DNA of 9,057 nt from positions 1 to 9,057 of the forward strand of contig NW_021828474.1 of the NCBI RefSeq assembly GCF_006345805.1, given 5' to 3'. The notes under the pieces are model-generated. The model was given only the letters and a program-made list of their open reading frames with translations. It did not search any database and had not been told where the DNA came from. Origin of the DNA: Octopus sinensis. Its lineage: Eukaryota. Below, in pieces: positions 7,921-9,057 of the stretch. Each line of letters starts with the position of its first letter. The first letter of the stretch is position 1. Made by a program: the position numbers and the translations under genes.

Positions 7921-8154
7921 TACTTATTTTAGCGCCTTGTACTTATTTCATCGGTCACTTTTGTCGAACCACTAATTTACTAGAATGTAAACAAACACTG
8001 GTTTTTCAGGGGGTGGTGAGGGACAGACACAACACACACTTCTTTCAGATTCTGTCGACCGGATCAACACACAGCCCTGGGCTATAGTAGAAAACAGTCG
8101 CTTAAGGTACCACACAGGAGAACTGAACCGATGACTATTGCAGGGTGTAGCCAA
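7921..8154 (-). mobile_element. Diverged tRNA-derived SINE of a second family, abutting the 5' end of the CRE relic
   Basis: Minus strand has B-box-like ggttcagttct, then gtggtaccttaagcgactgttttctactatagccc (CORE-like), a short (TG) tract, and ggttcgacaaaagtgaccgatgaaataagtac. This resembles an abundant octopus SINE (recalled consensus, unverified). Confidence 0.6.
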
Positions 8155-8357
8155 TCAAATCAACTTCAACACTTGAATGGTACATATGGGGTAACCCGGC
8201 GACAGCTAGGGCCGTTTTAACACCAGTGCAGGCCTCCAGGTATATCAATTCACTGAGTCCTATAGCGTTTATTGATTGATTGCGAGCCTCAACGTTTATA
8301 GATCAGAAATATGCCACTAGATCCGTGCGGCCCTGCCCATGTCTTAAAATGGCACCG

Positions 8358-8452
8358 GGCAGAATCGTCAGTGTTGAACAAACGATGCTCTGACGTGATT
8401 CAGTTATAAGCTCTTTTACGTCTGTGATTTCAAAATCCTACCAAGGTCCAAC
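8358..8452 (+). mobile_element. Degenerate 5' fragment of the 5126-5350 SINE family
   Basis: ggcagaatcgtcag resembles ggcagaaacgttag. ttacgtctgtgatttcaaaatcctaccaaggtc resembles ttacgttgtgagttcaaattccgccgaggtc. Confidence 0.5.
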
Positions 8453-8580
8453 ATCGTTGACACCCCTATATATTTTATTATTTTCATTCCTTCATTGCAT
8501 ATCAGTCCAAAGATTCCTGATCCGGGATGATAAAACATGAAACCCCCGGTAACTGTGAAACACTAAGTTTCCAATTCTTA

Positions 8581-8627
8581 CCACACACACCACACACACA
8601 CACACACATTGACAAACAGATAGATAC

Positions 8628-8686
<59 letters not shown>

Positions 8687-8704
8687 TAGATAGATAGATA
8701 GATA
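8581..8704. repeat. (CA)n followed by (GATA)n microsatellite
   Basis: (CA)n at 8581-8608 and (GATA)n at 8619-8704 with few interruptions. Confidence 0.95.
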
Positions 8705-9037
8705 TGTTTCTTTATTAGCCACACAGGGCGACACACAGACAGGACAAAATTACAAGGTAGAGCTTTTCTTTTGGGGGTAAAAGAAGGGGGTTTGGTTTTC
8801 GATCAAAAGGGATCGTAAATGGAAAGAAAGAGGACAAAATAAGGGGGGATATAATTAAAAAAAAAAGGTGGGGGGGAAGGAAAAAAAATTTGATCAATAG
8901 GGATCGTTATCACAGAAATGTCAATATGAAGTGTAAAGGGGAGGACAGGTGAGGTTTACCCGTGGAAAGAAAAGCCTACGGAAAAGACCACGGTAACCTC
9001 GGTCAATGAAGTCATATGTTATATTTCTTTTTTTTTA
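8705..9037 (-). mobile_element. Probable retroelement 3' fragment embedded in (GATA)n, sharing its 3' tail with the tRNA-SINE
   Basis: 8705-8749 matches the reverse complement of SINE tail 5306-5350 at 34/45 ungapped. (GATA)n lies on both sides. 8995-9018 also matches 2247-2270 at 21/24. Confidence 0.5.
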
Positions 9038-9057
9038 GATAGATAGATAGATAGATA
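9038..9057. repeat. (GATA)n running off the window end
   Basis: (GATA)5 is visible. Confidence 0.9.

Noticed and set aside
8209-8334. 7-bp inverted repeat agggccg/cggccct suggesting a MITE
   Set aside because: Too short, does not extend, and has no TSD.

Overview
Repeat-dense, AT-rich eukaryotic DNA with no intact protein-coding ORF. The repeat families resemble octopus/cephalopod SINEs and LINEs; this is recalled, not searched. Nearly all ORF-track entries are translations of (TA/CA/TACA)n microsatellites or SINEs. Supported content: (1) a decayed CRE-clade-like non-LTR retrotransposon 3' end with zinc knuckle and restriction-like endonuclease (minus, ~7156-7920); (2) an RTE-clade LINE ORF2 C-terminal relic (minus, ~4862-5490) interrupted by a tRNA-derived SINE with a perfect 16-bp target-site duplication; (3) several other SINE copies and fragments; (4) a 798-bp-period tandem duplication carrying a 370-bp (GAT)n-tailed element, whose copies differ mostly by 1-nt indels and may be an assembly artefact; (5) a (GATA)n-flanked element sharing its 3' tail with the SINE; (6) a candidate 98-nt host exon (1776-1873) with good splice signals but a broken frame. 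I see no convincing wholly new system. The leads are in retroelement biology and sequence quality.
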